Assembly (NCBI GenBank): GCA_963814375.1
Contig: CAWFCQ010000004.1
Span: forward strand, 64,001 to 128,000
Source of the DNA: an uncultured Chloroflexia bacterium
GTDB taxonomy: Bacteria; Chloroflexota; Limnocylindria; QHBO01
DNA length: 64,000 bases
Direction of reading: 5' to 3'
The notes beneath the pieces are model-generated. The model worked only from the letters and a program-made list of their open reading frames with translations, did no database searches and was not told the DNA's origin. The position numbers and the translations under genes were made by a program. Positions 11,224 through 20,844 of the stretch are shown here, piece after piece. The first letter of the stretch is position 1. Every line of letters starts with the position of its first letter.

Positions 11224-14200
11224 ATGCCACCGGTCGTGCCGTCGCCCGATCAGCTCCCGTTCTTCGAGGAGCTGGCGCCGGCACCGTCTCCCCGCCGGCC
11301 GCACCTCCGCATCCAGCCGCCGCTGCTCGCCGACCTGAGCGCTCGGCAGCGGAAGGCGGTCACCCACGGCGACGGCCCGCTGCTCATCGTCGCGGGAGCC
11401 GGGACCGGCAAGACGACGGTCATCACGCGACGAATCGCCTGGCTCATCGCCGAGAAGATGGCGAAGCCATCCGAGATCCTTGCGCTCACCTTCACCGATC
11501 GCGCGGCGCTCGAGATGACCGAGCGAGTGGATCGGCTCGTCCCGTACGGGCACAACGACGCGCAGATCAGCACCTTCCACGCATTCGGCGACCGGCTGCT
11601 GCGCGAGCACGCGCTCGAGGCGGGCCTCTCCGACCAGTCCGCCGTCCTCTCGCGTGCCGAGCAGATCATCTTCCTGCGCGAGCGACTCTGGGAGCTTCCG
11701 CTCGATCGATACCGTCCCCTCGGCGACCCGACGCGGTTCCTGTCGGCGCTCGTGACGCTCATCAGCCGCCTGCGCGACGAGGACATCTCGCCGGATGCCT
11801 ACACCGCCGTGGCGGATCGCCTGGTCGTTGAGGCCACCGCCACGCCGCCGGATGAGGCCATTGCCGAGCGAGCCGCCACACATCGTGAGCTGGCGGACAC
11901 GTACGCCGCCTACGAGCGGCTCATGCGCGCCAGCGACCGGATCGACTTCGGCGACCAGGTCAGCCTGGCGCTGCGGCTGCTGCGCGAGCATCCTGCCGTG
12001 CTTGCCGAGGAGCGCAGCCGGTATCGGTACATCCTGGTCGACGAGTTCCAGGACACGAACCACGCCCAGTGGGAGCTCGTCCAGCTGCTCGCCGCCGAGC
12101 ACGGCAACGTCACGGTCGTGGGCGACGACGACCAGAGCATCTACCGCTTCCGGGGCGCGGCCCTGGGGAACATCCTCGGCTTCCGGGCCGCGTACCCGAA
12201 GGCGGCCAGCGTCGTCCTCGTCGACAACTACCGCAGCCGTCAGCCGATCCTGGATGCGGCGCATCGGCTCATCCGCCACAACGACCCGGAGCGGCTCGAG
12301 GCGCGAGAGGGGATCGACAAGCGCCTTCGGGCGCGCACGAAGTTCGTCCGTCCCGAGCCCGCCACCGGGCCGATCGAGCTGACCGGCTTCACCACCGGCT
12401 CGGACGAGGCCGATGCGATCGCCGACCGCATCGGCGCCTCGATCCGCGCAGGCCGGCCGGCCGGCGATCACGCCGTCCTCGTGCGCGGGAATCGCGACGC
12501 CGATCCGTATCTGCGCGCCCTGAACATGGCGCGCATCCCGTGGCGATTCAGCGGCACCGCCGGGCTCTACCGGCAGCCCGAAGTGCGGGTCCTCATCAGC
12601 TTCCTGCGCGCGGTGAACGACCCGGACGACTCGGTGAGCCTCTACGACCTGGCGACCAGCGAGATCTTCGGCCTGGCGCCGGCCGACGTCACGCTGGCGC
12701 TGAACCGCGCGCGCCGGCGACGCAGCAGCCTCGCCGCGGCCCTGCGCGACGCGGCCGACCATCCGGAGGACTCGCCGTTCGGTCTGCGCGCGATCGAGGT
12801 CGTCCAGCGCCTGCTCGCCAGCCTGGATGCGCATCGGGCCATGAGCACTGAGCGCACGTGCGGTGAGCTCCTCTACCACTTCATCACCACCTCCGGCTGG
12901 CTCGGTCGGCTCGCCCACGAGGCCCGCGAAACCGGGGAGGAGCGGCTCGCCAACGTCGGACGCTTCTTCGAGATCGTCCGCCGCCAGGGTGGGCTGCTGC
13001 GCGACGATCGGCTTCCGTTCCTCGTCGCGCAGCTCGACACGCTCATCGAGACCGGCGACGACCCGTCAACCGCCGACGTCGAGCCCGACGGCGGGGATGC
13101 CGTCCACGTCCTCACCTATCACAAGGCCAAGGGGCTGGAGTTCGCGGTCGTCTTCATGGTCGGCCTTCTCGCCGATCGCTTCCCCGGATGGGACCGGCGC
13201 GACCCGCTCGAAATGCCCGACGAGCTCGTTCGCGACGCGCCGCCCGCCGATGGCGACCACCACACCGCCGAGGAGCGGCGCCTCTTCTACGTCGGCATGA
13301 CCCGGGCCCGGGAGGAGCTCGTCATGAGCTGGGCGCAGGACTACGGCGGGCGTCGTACCCGGGCCATCAGCCAGTTCGTCGCCGAGGCGCTCGACCTGCC
13401 GCCGGCCACCCCGGCCGAGGTAGTGCAGAAAGGGCTGCTCGAGCAGCTCGGCCGCCACGAGGGCTCGCCGACGGCGACCGCGGCACCCGCGGCGCGGCCC
13501 AAGCTCGGCGATCGGCCGCTCTCGCTCAGCTACGGACAGGTTCACGACTACCTGGAGTGCCCCGCCAAGTACCGATACGGGCACGTCGTTCGCATCCCGA
13601 CCCCCGCCTCGCACCAGATGGTCTACGGCCGCGCGCTGCACGCCGCGGCGCAGGCCTACCATCGGCGCCAGATGGCCGGCCGCCCGATGACCGTCGAGGA
13701 GGTGCACGCCGCGCTCGACGCCGCCTGGGAGTCGGTCGGCTTCCTCACGCGCGAGCACGAGGAGGCGCGCCGCACCGCCGCGCACGAGGCGGTGACCCGC
13801 TTCTGGGAGGATCAGCAGCGGGACCCGGCTCACCCGGTCGCGGTGGAGCAGGACTTCACTGTCGCCTTCGGGCCTGACCGGATGCGCGGCCGATACGACC
13901 GCGTCGACCGCGAGGAGGACGGCCGGACCGTCATCACCGACTACAAGTCGAGCGACGTGCGAGACCTGGCCACCGCCAACCGTCGCGCGCGCGAGTCGCT
14001 CCAGCTCTCGATCTACGCCCTGGCGCACGAGGCAGAGACCGGCGCGCTGCCCGACGAGCTGGCGCTGCACTTCCTCGAGTCCGGCATCGTCGGAAGGGTC
14101 GAGCCCAGTGAGAAGCGCCTGGCGCGCGCGCAGGAGAAGCTGTCCGCGGCGGCCGACGGGATCCGCGCCGGGCATTTCGATGCCAGGCCGTCGCCGATGC

Positions 14201-14250
14201 GCTGCGGCTACTGTCCCTTCCGGGAGATCTGCCCCGACGCCGCACGATGA
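11224..14250 (+). CDS. UvrD/PcrA-like SF1 helicase fused to a PD-(D/E)XK Fe-S nuclease (AdnB/AddA-like)
   Basis: AGAGTGKT, LVDEFQD, VGDDDQSIYRFRGA, HKAKGLEF, EERRLFYVGMTRA; nuclease ECPAKY...GRYDRVD...DYKS...QLSIYA...CGYCPFREIC. Confidence 0.92.
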   Translation: MPPVVPSPDQLPFFEELAPAPSPRRPHLRIQPPLLADLSARQRKAVTHGDGPLLIVAGAGTGKTTVITRRIAWLIAEKMAKPSEILALTFTDRAALEMTERVDRLVPYGHNDAQISTFHAFGDRLLREHALEAGLSDQSAVLSRAEQIIFLRERLWELPLDRYRPLGDPTRFLSALVTLISRLRDEDISPDAYTAVADRLVVEATATPPDEAIAERAATHRELADTYAAYERLMRASDRIDFGDQVSLALRLLREHPAVLAEERSRYRYILVDEFQDTNHAQWELVQLLAAEHGNVTVVGDDDQSIYRFRGAALGNILGFRAAYPKAASVVLVDNYRSRQPILDAAHRLIRHNDPERLEAREGIDKRLRARTKFVRPEPATGPIELTGFTTGSDEADAIADRIGASIRAGRPAGDHAVLVRGNRDADPYLRALNMARIPWRFSGTAGLYRQPEVRVLISFLRAVNDPDDSVSLYDLATSEIFGLAPADVTLALNRARRRRSSLAAALRDAADHPEDSPFGLRAIEVVQRLLASLDAHRAMSTERTCGELLYHFITTSGWLGRLAHEARETGEERLANVGRFFEIVRRQGGLLRDDRLPFLVAQLDTLIETGDDPSTADVEPDGGDAVHVLTYHKAKGLEFAVVFMVGLLADRFPGWDRRDPLEMPDELVRDAPPADGDHHTAEERRLFYVGMTRAREELVMSWAQDYGGRRTRAISQFVAEALDLPPATPAEVVQKGLLEQLGRHEGSPTATAAPAARPKLGDRPLSLSYGQVHDYLECPAKYRYGHVVRIPTPASHQMVYGRALHAAAQAYHRRQMAGRPMTVEEVHAALDAAWESVGFLTREHEEARRTAAHEAVTRFWEDQQRDPAHPVAVEQDFTVAFGPDRMRGRYDRVDREEDGRTVITDYKSSDVRDLATANRRARESLQLSIYALAHEAETGALPDELALHFLESGIVGRVEPSEKRLARAQEKLSAAADGIRAGHFDARPSPMRCGYCPFREICPDAAR

Positions 14251-14651
14251 CCTCGCGCAACCGGGCGATCGTCGCCGCGCTCATCCTGGGGGGCGTGGCG
14301 GTCGGCCTTCTCCTGGTCGTCTTTGCCGGCAACGCGTGCCCGACCGAGCTCCCCGGCCAGGACTGCCCGGACGCGACGCGAAACGTCGTGATCGGAATCG
14401 TGCTGGCTTCGGCGACGATCGCGCTCCTCGTCGTGCCGTTCGCGTTCCTGGCCGAGTTCCTCGCGCGCCGCCGCATCGTCTATCGTGGCGCGTGGGAGCG
14501 CGCCACCCGTCGCGGTGCCCTGGCCGGTGGCGTGGTGGCCGTCCTGGCGGGGCTCCGGCTCGCCGGCGTCCTCAGCGTGCCGGTCGGGATCTTCGTCATC
14601 ATCCTGGCGGGCGTGGCCGAGTGGTTCGCCCGCCGCGCGGACATCACCTAG
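14247..14651 (+). CDS. Hypothetical 4-TM membrane protein
   Basis: Four hydrophobic segments; ATGA coupling to the helicase stop. Confidence 0.75.
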   Translation: MTSRNRAIVAALILGGVAVGLLLVVFAGNACPTELPGQDCPDATRNVVIGIVLASATIALLVVPFAFLAEFLARRRIVYRGAWERATRRGALAGGVVAVLAGLRLAGVLSVPVGIFVIILAGVAEWFARRADIT

Positions 14652-14659
14652 GAGGGCAC

Positions 14660-15859
14660 ATGACCCACACCGCGACCAGTCTTGACGATGCGGTGGCCGG
14701 GATCCTGCCCGAGGCGCTCGATCTCTCCCATCGGGTCCATGCCGCACCCGAGATCGCGTTCGAGGAGCGCCAGGCCGCCGCGTGGAGCGCGGAGCTGCTG
14801 GAGCGGCACGGCTTCGAGGTCACGGCGCCGGTCGGCGGCCTCGAGACCGCGTTCGTTGCGCGCTGGCCCGGCGACCGTCCGGGCCCCGTCATCGCGTTCG
14901 CCGGCGAGTACGACGCCCTTCCCGAGGTCGGGCACGGCTGCGGCCACAACCTGATGTGCTCGTCGAGCGCCGGCGCGGCGATTGCCGCAGCCCGAAGGCT
15001 GGGGCGCGACTTCGCCGGCGAGATCCGCTTCATCGGCACACCCGCCGAGGAGGCCGGAAACGGCAAGGTCCACTTGATCACCGCGGGCGTCTTCTCCGAC
15101 GTCGACATCTGCCTTCAGATCCATCCGTCGGACTCGAACAGCGCCGAGGTCATCGCCCTGGCCGTGACCGAGGTGGGGGTCACGTTCCACGGCAAGCTCG
15201 CGCACGCCAGCGGCGATCCGTGGTTGGGAAAGAACGCCCTCGACGCCATCGTCCTGCTGCACACGATGATCGCCCAGTGGCGGCAGCACCTGAAGACCGG
15301 CGAGCGGGTGCACGGCATCATCACCCACGGCGGCGCGGCGCCGAACATCGTTCCCGACCTGACGAGCGGTCGCTGGTACCTTCGGACGCCCGTCGACGAG
15401 GAACTCGACGCCATGATCGATCGTTTCCGGGTCATGGCCGAGGCGGCCGCATCGGCCACCGGCTGCACGGTGGAGCTGACGGTGGACCCGATGAACCGAT
15501 GCCGCACGATGCTGAACAACGCCACCCTGCTGGAGATCTGGCGGCGTCACCTCGCCGATGCGGGCGTCGCCGACGACCCGATCGACCCGAACGCCGGCAG
15601 CACCGACATGGCAAACGTCAGCCACGAGGTGCCCACGATCCACCCGTACATGCAGATCGTCCCGCGCGGGACCCCCGGGCACTCGCGCGAGTTCGCGGCA
15701 CATGCCGGCGGGGAGGATGGCGACCGCATGCTGCCGCTGGCGATAAAGGTGCTCGCCGCGACAGCGGTGGAGATGGCCTCGGATTCCGCCCTCGTCGAGC
15801 GGGCCTGGGCCGACCTGCGCACCGCAGGCGGCGGGCGCGAGCGGGGGCCGGCGGGCTGA
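14660..15859 (+). CDS. M20 family amidohydrolase (ACY1L2/HmrA-like)
   Basis: EYDALP, GHGCGHN, GTPAEE, HASGDPWLGKNALD, GSTDMANVS; AGGAGG SD. Confidence 0.92.
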   Translation: MTHTATSLDDAVAGILPEALDLSHRVHAAPEIAFEERQAAAWSAELLERHGFEVTAPVGGLETAFVARWPGDRPGPVIAFAGEYDALPEVGHGCGHNLMCSSSAGAAIAAARRLGRDFAGEIRFIGTPAEEAGNGKVHLITAGVFSDVDICLQIHPSDSNSAEVIALAVTEVGVTFHGKLAHASGDPWLGKNALDAIVLLHTMIAQWRQHLKTGERVHGIITHGGAAPNIVPDLTSGRWYLRTPVDEELDAMIDRFRVMAEAAASATGCTVELTVDPMNRCRTMLNNATLLEIWRRHLADAGVADDPIDPNAGSTDMANVSHEVPTIHPYMQIVPRGTPGHSREFAAHAGGEDGDRMLPLAIKVLAATAVEMASDSALVERAWADLRTAGGGRERGPAG

Positions 15860-16674
15860 GCGACATCCTGGCCGGGCACTCCGCCGACGAGGAGCGGCTT
15901 GCCGAGCTGTACGACCTCGAGCACGACGAGGTCACCGAGGACCTGGCCTTCTATCGCGAGTGGGCCCACCGGACGAAGGGACCGGTCGTCGATCTTGGGT
16001 GCGGCTCGGGGCGTCTGTTCGCGAGCCTGCTGCGTGGCGGCGCGACGCGCGTGGTCGGCATCGACGGGTCCCGCGCCCTCCTTGCGCGCGCACGGCGCCG
16101 GATCGAGGGCGATCCCGACCTGCGCGCGGCGTTCGCGGCGGACCGCATCGAGCTCGCCATCGGGGACGTTCGCAATGTCCGCCGCCCCGACCGATGGGCG
16201 CTCGCCCTGCTCGCCGGCGTGCTGGCCCACCTGGACGGCCCGGAGGAGGCGATGCGTGCGCTGGACAGCACGCGCCGGCTGCTCGAGCCCGACGGCATCC
16301 TGATCGTCGACACCCTCGGCCCGGGTGCGCTGCCGCCGCATGACCTGCCACTGTCGGTCGATTGGGAGCGCGAGATGGAGGGCCGACGCGTCGTCCGGCG
16401 CAGCCGGCTGGCCCGCCACGAGACGCCCGAGGGCCTGCGCGTCGACTACGCCACGCTCACGGATATGACCGAGGCCGATGGTACGATAGCCCGGCTTCCG
16501 GCCAGCTTCCGGCTCTGGTATCCATCGTCCGAGGCGCTGATCGGTCTCTCGGAGGAGGCGGAGCTGGCGGTCGAGGCAACCTTTGGGTCGCATGATCTCG
16601 ACCCGCTCGACGACGGGAGCGAGCGCTGCATCATCGTGCTGCGACGTGCAGCGACCGGCTCACGGATGGGGTGA
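15856..16674 (+). CDS. Class I SAM-dependent methyltransferase
   Basis: LYDLEH, EDLAFY, VDLGCGSGR, VGIDGS; the only nearby start candidate is a CTG overlapping the upstream stop. Confidence 0.85.
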   Translation: MSDILAGHSADEERLAELYDLEHDEVTEDLAFYREWAHRTKGPVVDLGCGSGRLFASLLRGGATRVVGIDGSRALLARARRRIEGDPDLRAAFAADRIELAIGDVRNVRRPDRWALALLAGVLAHLDGPEEAMRALDSTRRLLEPDGILIVDTLGPGALPPHDLPLSVDWEREMEGRRVVRRSRLARHETPEGLRVDYATLTDMTEADGTIARLPASFRLWYPSSEALIGLSEEAELAVEATFGSHDLDPLDDGSERCIIVLRRAATGSRMG

Positions 16675-16677
16675 GGG

Positions 16678-17829
16678 ATGGCAGGCGAACAGATCCGGCT
16701 CCTGGTCGTGGAGGACGTGCCGCAAGTCGCGTCCCATATCCGCTCGCTCCTCCAGGCCCAGTCGCAGATCAAGATGCTCGACGTGGTCACCGCCGGTGAC
16801 CGTGCGGCTTCGAGCGTCTCCGAGATGCGACCCGACGTCGTGATCGTCGACGCCCTGCTCCAGGGTCGCGTGAGCGGCCAGCAGGTCGCCCAGCAGATCC
16901 GGGAGGCGGAGCCGCACGTCGGCGTGATCATGCTCACGGTGCCGCAGAACCCGGTCACCGAGAACGCGGAGCGCGGGATCGACGCGGTGCTCAAGATGCC
17001 CTTCACCGGATTCGACCTGACGACCATGGTGCGGAAGGTCGGCGAGACGCGGGCGGTCGAGTCGGCGCGCTCCGGATCGCTGGTCGTGACGCTCTTCAGC
17101 CCGAAGGGCGGCGTCGGCCGAACGACGCTCGCCTACAACCTGGCGGTCGCGCTCGGGCAGCAGAACCGGGTGTGCCTCATCGACGGCTCTCTCCAGTTCA
17201 GCGACCTGCGCGGGCTGCTGCGCGTGCCTGCCGTCGCGCCCAGCATCGTGAACCTGCCCACCGACCGGATCCGGGAGCAGGACCTCGGCGAGGTCATGTG
17301 GCGAGATCCGTCGGGGATCGACATCCTCCTCGCGCCGCCTCGCGTCGAGATGGCGGAGATGGTCACCACGCGCGACGTCGAGAAGGTGCTCTCTCTGCTT
17401 CGGCAGCTGTACGAGTTCGTGATCATCGACACGCGAGCGGCGCTCAGCGAGGACGTGCTCGTCTTCCTCGACTCGGCGGACCTCATCGTCCAGATCCTCA
17501 CCTACGACAGCATGGCCATCCGCAGCCTGGCGATGGCCGCCGAGACCTTTGCCGCCATCGGCTACCCGCCGTCGAAGCTCACGACCGTCCTCAACCGGTC
17601 CGACGCCTCCGGCGGCTTCGACAAGAGCGACGTCGAGCAGGCGCTGGGCAGCCCCATCGACTTCGAGGTCGTCTCGGACGGCCACCTCGTCCTGGCCTCG
17701 AACAACGAGGGCATCGCCTTCGTCACCTCCAGTCCCGACGCCCCGATCGCGAAGGGGGTCCAGCGCATCGCCGATTCGCTCGCCGCGCACCTGCGCGAGC
17801 GCGCGCCGGCCGCCCTCGCCCGGCCCTGA
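16678..17829 (+). CDS. Receiver domain + MinD/CpaE(TadZ)-like ATPase
   Basis: REC motifs (VVED, VIVD, KMPF); deviant Walker A SPKGGVGRTT; IIDT. Confidence 0.88.
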   Translation: MAGEQIRLLVVEDVPQVASHIRSLLQAQSQIKMLDVVTAGDRAASSVSEMRPDVVIVDALLQGRVSGQQVAQQIREAEPHVGVIMLTVPQNPVTENAERGIDAVLKMPFTGFDLTTMVRKVGETRAVESARSGSLVVTLFSPKGGVGRTTLAYNLAVALGQQNRVCLIDGSLQFSDLRGLLRVPAVAPSIVNLPTDRIREQDLGEVMWRDPSGIDILLAPPRVEMAEMVTTRDVEKVLSLLRQLYEFVIIDTRAALSEDVLVFLDSADLIVQILTYDSMAIRSLAMAAETFAAIGYPPSKLTTVLNRSDASGGFDKSDVEQALGSPIDFEVVSDGHLVLASNNEGIAFVTSSPDAPIAKGVQRIADSLAAHLRERAPAALARP

Positions 17830-17837
17830 GCGGCGGG

Positions 17838-18677
17838 ATGCCCGAGCGCGTCGACGACCGACCGATCGGCGTCTTCGACTCCGGCGTCGGCGGCCTCACC
17901 GTCCTCGCCGAGCTCCAGCGCCGCCTTCCGGCCGAGTCAACCGTCTACCTCGGCGACAATGCCCGGACACCGTACGGGCCGCGGCCGGGCGACGAGGTGC
18001 GGCGGTTCACGCTCGAGGCGGCGGATTGGCTCGTCGCCCGCGACGTGAAGCTGCTGGTCCTGGCCTGCAACACCGCCACCGCGCGGGCCCTCGATGACGT
18101 TCGTGCCCGCGTCGATGTGCCCGTCATCGGTGTCGTGCGACCCGGCGCCGTGGCTGCCACCGCGGCCACCCGCAGCCGGCACGTCGGTGTCATCGCGACC
18201 GCCGGCACGGTCGAGTCGAACGCGTACCACGACGCGATCGTCGAGGCCGCGCCCGCGACCCGCGTCGCCCAGCTGGCCTGCCCGGAGCTCGTCCCGATGG
18301 TCGAGGCCGGAATCCTCGACGGTCGCCGCGCCGAGTCGGTGCTGCGCGCCTACCTCGAGCCGATGCTGGCCGGCGACCCCGACCTCGACACGCTGCTGCT
18401 GGGCTGCACGCACTACCCGCTGCTGCGAACCCCGATCGAGCGCATCGTCGGCGACGCGGTCGCCGTCGTCGACTCGGCCTTTACGACGGCCCTCGCCGTC
18501 GAGGATCTGCTCGACGCCCTCGCCATCAGGGCCTCCCCTGACTCAGCAAGCCACGAGGTCGCGACGACCGGAGCGGTGGCAGCATTCGTCACCGTCGCGG
18601 AGCGCCTCTTCGCCGATCGCATGCCCGCGGTCGAGGCGGTCGAGATCGAGCCGATCGGCGCGCTTCACCTAGACTGA
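17838..18677 (+). CDS. murI: Glutamate racemase
   Basis: IGVFDSGVGGLTV, PYG, ACNTA, LGCTHYP. Confidence 0.97.
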   Translation: MPERVDDRPIGVFDSGVGGLTVLAELQRRLPAESTVYLGDNARTPYGPRPGDEVRRFTLEAADWLVARDVKLLVLACNTATARALDDVRARVDVPVIGVVRPGAVAATAATRSRHVGVIATAGTVESNAYHDAIVEAAPATRVAQLACPELVPMVEAGILDGRRAESVLRAYLEPMLAGDPDLDTLLLGCTHYPLLRTPIERIVGDAVAVVDSAFTTALAVEDLLDALAIRASPDSASHEVATTGAVAAFVTVAERLFADRMPAVEAVEIEPIGALHLD

Positions 18678-18682
18678 GGCGC

Positions 18683-19837
18683 ATGGCACGCCACTCCACC
18701 CAGCTCGGCGCCGGCATCGTGGTCGGCGGGCTGCTCGCGCTCGGTGCGAGCGTGGCCTCGCGCGAGATCCTGCGACGCGCCGGCACCAGCCTGATCGACT
18801 GGGGGGCGGTTCGCGACATCGCGCATCGCCGGCTCGGGTCGGCTGCGGCACCCATGTCCGAGCGGCAGCGGGCGGAGGCCGAGGCGTTCTACCGCGCGAC
18901 CCTGCTGCGCATCGAGCCGATCGTGGCCGAGGAGATCGGCTCGCCGCTGCCGGCCGCGCTCGAGACGCCGGCGGTGGTGGATCGGCTCCAGTGGGTCGAC
19001 CTCAACCTGGCGACCTTCCGGGTCCTCTTCGAGCGGGTCGAGCATACGTTGCTCGAGGCGCAGGCAGGCCCGGACACGGCCGGGCGCGCCATGTCGCGCT
19101 GGGTGAATCGGGCCGTCGGCAACCAGCAGCTCGGATTCATGCTCGCCTTCCTCGGGCGCAAGGTGCTCGGCCAGTACGACGTGAGCCTGCTGGCGGCCGG
19201 CCCCACGCGCGGCAGGCTGCACTTCGTCGAGCCGAACATCGTGGGGACCGCCGCGACCATGCGTCTCCCGCGCGACGAGTTCCGGACCTTCATTGCACTG
19301 CACGAGGCGACGCACGCCTTCGAGTTCGAGGCGCACCCCTGGCTGCGCCCGTACTTCGCCGACCTCGTCAGCCGCACGGTCGAGTCGTTGGCGGCCGAGT
19401 CAGGCGGCATGATGGGTCGCGTGCGCGAGGCGCTCGCCGGTGGCGAGGGCCACTGGCTCGAGCGGATCATGACGCCAGGGCAGCGCGAGACGTTCAACCA
19501 GACCCAGGCGCTCATGTCGCTGCTCGAGGGCTACTCCAACCACGTCATGAACGCGGCCGGCTCGCGCATCCTTCCGAACTTCACTGACATCCACGACCGG
19601 TTCGAGCGGCGCGGCGAGCGCCGCGGCGCCCTCGAGCGCGCGATCATGCGGCTGACCGGTCTCGACCTGAAGATGGAGCAGTACGCGGCCGGCGAGCGCT
19701 TCGCCGATGCGGTCATCGCGCAGCGCGATCGGGCCTTCCTCAATCGCGTCTGGACGGGGCCCGAGATGCTTCCGACGCTCGACGAGATCCGGGCGCCGGA
19801 GCAGTGGATGGCCCGGATCGAAGGGGCGGCGAGCTGA
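18683..19837 (+). CDS. Zincin-like zinc-dependent metalloprotease (Zincin_2)
   Basis: VLGQYD, ALHEATHAFEF (HExxH), MSLLEGY, KMEQYAAGERF. Confidence 0.88.
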   Translation: MARHSTQLGAGIVVGGLLALGASVASREILRRAGTSLIDWGAVRDIAHRRLGSAAAPMSERQRAEAEAFYRATLLRIEPIVAEEIGSPLPAALETPAVVDRLQWVDLNLATFRVLFERVEHTLLEAQAGPDTAGRAMSRWVNRAVGNQQLGFMLAFLGRKVLGQYDVSLLAAGPTRGRLHFVEPNIVGTAATMRLPRDEFRTFIALHEATHAFEFEAHPWLRPYFADLVSRTVESLAAESGGMMGRVREALAGGEGHWLERIMTPGQRETFNQTQALMSLLEGYSNHVMNAAGSRILPNFTDIHDRFERRGERRGALERAIMRLTGLDLKMEQYAAGERFADAVIAQRDRAFLNRVWTGPEMLPTLDEIRAPEQWMARIEGAAS

Positions 19838-20841
19838 CCGGGCCGTCCGGGCCGACCACGACGATCCTCGCCACGCCGATCCTCGGCGCTCCGCTCAGTC
19901 GCGAGCTGATGGCACGCATCGAGGAGGTCGACGGTGTCCGCTGCGCCCGGATCGCCGCGGATGGCCGCATCCACGGGGATGCCGACGAGTCGGCCTTTGA
20001 GGCGGCCGAGATCCTCCTCGTCGGAGCGGTGCCTGCCTCGGTCCTGGATCACGTCGTCGCGCGCACCCCGCGGCTGCGCTGGATCCACTCCGCCTCGGCC
20101 GGGGTCGACCGCGTCTCGACGCCTGCGGTGAGGGAGCGCGGCCTCGTCGTCACGAACGCGCGGGGCGTCTTCAGCCGTCCGATCGCCGAGTACGTTGTGA
20201 TGATGTCGCTGGCCATCTCGCGCCGCCTGCCGCAGCTGCTCGAGCTCCAGCGCGAGCGGACCTGGCAGCCGCTGCGCGGCCGGGAGCTGGCCGAGCTGAC
20301 AATCGGCATCGTCGGCTACGGCAGCATCGGCGAGGAGGTGGCCCGCCTTCTCGTGCCCTTCGGCTGCCGCATCCTCGCCACGCGGAGGCACCCCGAGCGC
20401 GGGGCGGGGGAGGCCGGCAGCGTCGAGCTGTTCGGCCTCGACCAGCTCGGCGAGGTGCTGCGAGCGAGTGACATCGTGGTGGTCGCCGCGCCGCTCACCG
20501 ACGAGACCGCCGGTCTCATCGGCGCCGAGCAGCTGGCGGAGATGCGCGAGGACGCCTGGCTCGTCAACATCGCCCGTGGTCGCCTCATCGACGAGCTCGC
20601 GCTGCGGCGCGCGCTGGAGTCCGGCTGGATCGGCGGCGCCGTGCTCGATGTCTTCAGCGAGGAGCCGCTGAGTCCCGAGTCGCCGCTGTACCGGACACCA
20701 AACGTCGTCATCACGCCGCATACGTCGTGGGCCTCGGACCGCGTCATCGAGCGATCGGTCGACCTGTTCATCGACAACCTGCGTCGCGACCGAGCCGGCG
20801 AGGAGCTCCGCAACGTGGTCGATCTCGAGGCCGGCTACTGA
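19834..20841 (+). CDS. D-2-hydroxyacid dehydrogenase
   Basis: SAGVD, GIVGYGSIG, VNIARG, LDVFSEEPL, ITPHTS; start uncertain (CTG 19834 or GTG 19804). Confidence 0.92.
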   Translation: MTGPSGPTTTILATPILGAPLSRELMARIEEVDGVRCARIAADGRIHGDADESAFEAAEILLVGAVPASVLDHVVARTPRLRWIHSASAGVDRVSTPAVRERGLVVTNARGVFSRPIAEYVVMMSLAISRRLPQLLELQRERTWQPLRGRELAELTIGIVGYGSIGEEVARLLVPFGCRILATRRHPERGAGEAGSVELFGLDQLGEVLRASDIVVVAAPLTDETAGLIGAEQLAEMREDAWLVNIARGRLIDELALRRALESGWIGGAVLDVFSEEPLSPESPLYRTPNVVITPHTSWASDRVIERSVDLFIDNLRRDRAGEELRNVVDLEAGY

Positions 20842-20844
20842 CCG

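Noticed and set aside
13520-14250. Cas4-like Fe-S nuclease domain
   Set aside because: It is the C-terminal domain of a UvrD-type helicase, with no CRISPR context
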